Assembly (NCBI RefSeq): GCF_963921235.1
Contig: NC_086097.1
Location: forward strand, 121,396,001-121,460,000
DNA length: 64,000 bases
Reading direction: 5' to 3'
Origin: Mobula hypostoma
Lineage: Eukaryota
The notes under the pieces are model-generated. The model searched no databases. It saw nothing but the letters and a program-made list of their open reading frames with translations, and was not told the origin of the DNA. The position numbers and the translations under genes were made by a program. This document shows positions 61,546 to 64,000 of the stretch, piece by piece (position 1 is the stretch's first letter; each line of letters starts with the position of its first letter).

Positions 61546-62119
61546 AAAGGGAATCACCCATCACTCCTTCCCCTCTCCCCCACCACCTTACTCTGGCTTT
61601 TTCACCTTCTCTTTCCAATCCTGATGAGGAACCAGAGTCAGGAATGAATCACTGACATGTGTCATGATGTATGTTCTTTTGCTCCAGCAGTACATTGCAA
61701 TACACAATTAAAAAAAACTGTAGATGACAATAAGGTGTATGCGCTGGGGGAAAACAACATACTGTGCAAGTTTATGAACTCTTTGCAATTACCTGGATAT
61801 CATTCATTCCATGCCAGTATTGCTGGCTTTTCAAACACAGATATTTACAAATTAATAAATATGTCAATATTTAAAATTTTTACATTTTAAAAGGTTATTT
61901 ACAATTGTATTAGGTTCAGAAACAATTAAAAACTGAACCCAGCCTTTGAACTGTCTGCAGCTCTGTATCAAAAGCAGGTAGGCCTCTGTGGTGTGCTGAG
62001 ACTTCAGTATACCTGATTAAATAATGGAGGCGTTCTGCATGATTGACCGAGGTAGGAGAAAGGCTTGAGGGTGTTTAGGATAGGGGTGTCAATTTAGCCA
62101 TCTGAAGAGTTTGCTGTGA

Positions 62120-64000
62120 TCACAAGATCAAAGTCAAGTGTATTGTCATCTGGTTGTACATATATACAATCAAATGAAACAACTTTCCTCTGGATCATGG
62201 TGCACTCACAAAATATACAGCACACGAAAAGAAATTACCGGATATAAGTTAATAAAATACAATTCAAGGTGCATAGAGCAGGTAAACAGTAAACAGCTTG
62301 CTGTCCTAGTGATGAGACCTTGGTAGTGGCAAGGTATTTGCTTAGTCTCACAGCCCGAGGAGCAAGCTGTTACCCAGGCTGGCAGTACTGGTACTGATGC
62401 TCCTGTATCTCCTTCCTGACAGTATAGCAAGTCAAAGAGATTGTGGTATGGGTGGTAGGGATCTTCAACATCTTCGGGCCCGTTATATTTTACACTCTCG
62501 GCAAATATCACAAATGGGAGGGAAATCCTGATGATTTTCTTGGCAGTTTTTACAACCCTTTGTAGGGTTTTGTGGTCCGATATCTGCAGCTTTCATACCA
62601 CCCAATGGTGCAGCCAGACAGGACACTCCCAATGGTGCTCCTGTGGAAAATTGTTAGAATGTGGGTGGGGAGCCTTGAATGCCTCAATGTCCTCAGAAAA
62701 TGTAGACACTGCTGTGCCTTCTAGACTAATGAGGAGGTGATGTGGGTTCAGGTTCGATCTTCTGTTATGGGCACACCAAGGAATTTCATGCTGCTCACAC
62801 TCTCCACGGCAGAGCCATTGATGTGCAATGGAGAGTGGTCAACATGCACCTTCCTGAAGTCCACGGTAGTCTCTTTTGTTTTGTCCACATTGAGATTCAG
62901 GTTTTTCTCACGCCATTTGACAAGCCTGTCCACCTCTTTTCTATATGCCGACTCATCATTGTTGCTGACGAAGCCAGTCACTGTAGAACTCGATGATGTT
63001 GTTTGAGCTGGATCTGGCAGTACAGTTGTGAGTGAGAAGGGTGAACAGCAGCGGGCTGAGCGCACAGCCCTGGTGGCACCCGTTCTTAGTGTGATGGAGT
63101 TCGAGATGACTGACTGGGTCTTCCTGTCTTTCCACAAAGGGGGGTGTTGAGTCCCAGTAAAGGCAATTCATCCAGTCTGATGGATGATTCCTCCAAGAGG
63201 ATCACAACCTTGTTCTGGTTTGGTGGCTTAAGTGTCTCAGTGACCCAGAGAGCTGTGCCCTCAGTAGGGTCATTCATGCCAAACAGGTCAAAGCATAGAG
63301 GACAGAGTAAGAATGGTCCACCAGTCTTCCAGGTTTGGGAGTTCAGCTGCAGGCTAGCAACCCTGACTGGTAAGACAAAATTATTACAGAAACAGCAGCG
63401 ATGAATTCTTCTATATATGATTGCGACGGTATACCTGAAGCTCCAGCTGGGGCTTTTATGACTGACAGTAGTGAAAACCAAACTACTGACACGAAGAAGG
63501 AAGCCCCAGAATACCACCAGAGATGGAGGACCTTCATTGCTGCATCAAATGCCAGCGGCTCAATGGGCAGTAGAGAGGAATAATTATGTTAAACGCCAAG
63601 CTGAAGTTGATGAACGACATCCTGGTGTTTCAGGCATCGGTTTCTAGGTGGCACAGGAGGGCCAAGTCTATAGCATCATCAATGATCCATTTTGAGTGGT
63701 AGATGAACTGGGAAAGGTCCAGTGTAGTTGGAAATGGGATGTTATACAATCTGTTACCAGCCGCTCAAAGCACTTCATGATTGTTGAGTTAAGTGCCACT
63801 GGGCAGTAATTATTTAAGCCAGTTACCTTTACTCTCCTGAACACCAGAATATGGTGGCTGCTTTGAAGCCTGCAGGCACAGTGGACTGTTGCAAAGAGAT
63901 TTTAAAGATGTCCGTTAAGACCCCTTAGATGACTGTACAATACCTCAACACCTGACCAGTTGTGTTGTCTGGCCTTGCAGCTTTGCGTGGGCTTACCTTT
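62120..64000 (-). mobile_element. Decayed Rex1-type LINE interrupted by an RTE-derived element
   Basis: QGCALSPLLFTLLTH, DESAYRKEV, LNVDKTKETTVDFRK; resumes after ~63590. Confidence 0.82.
63165..63585 (+). mobile_element. Bipartite non-autonomous RTE element (5'UTR joined to 3' end)
   Basis: GGATCACAACCTTGT..GGCTT..TCAGTGACCC (RTE/BovB-like 5'UTR) and CTAGCAACCCTG; 3' end encodes QRWRTFIAA, typical of RTE termini. Confidence 0.6.

Noticed and set aside
1-64000. CRISPR array, rRNA or tRNA genes
   Set aside because: No regularly spaced repeats; the tRNA-like boxes belong to decayed SINE heads.
58077-64000. RTTN exon 8
   Set aside because: No phase-1 exon resembling the next rotatin segment was found; it probably lies beyond the window.

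Overview
Eukaryotic (vertebrate) genomic DNA, not prokaryotic. The repeat content (CR1, Rex1-type, Penelope, HE1-like tRNA-SINEs) points to a cartilaginous fish, probably a ray; that is inferred. The only host gene I can support is the 5' part of rotatin (RTTN) on the + strand. It has 7 GT-AG coding exons (23769-58076) that splice in frame to about 293 codons, [23 protein letters not shown]...RLNFHRDPSFFSIKQ, and it continues past the window. A CpG-rich promoter at about 23340-23770 looks bidirectional. Most of the remaining sequence is nested transposon debris: a decayed Gypsy LTR element carrying four later insertions, a Nimb/I-type LINE, many CR1 and Rex1-type LINEs, a Vingi LINE, Penelope-like elements, solo LTRs, Tc1- and Tigger-like DNA elements and several short non-autonomous retroposons. 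Almost all ORF-track entries are TE fragments or spurious. No CRISPR, rRNA or tRNA genes were seen. The most interesting signals are RNA-structural: (i) short retroposons whose 5' ends fold by eye into HDV-like ribozymes, one with an unusually long L3 loop and one in the sense orientation of RTTN intron 6; (ii) a 250-bp near-perfect Penelope-derived palindrome in intron 4 with an intact minimal hammerhead motif; (iii) an in-frame uORF and a candidate 5'UTR mini-intron at the RTTN start. I cannot show a wholly new biological system from sequence alone. TE boundaries are approximate unless target-site duplications (TSDs) are given.
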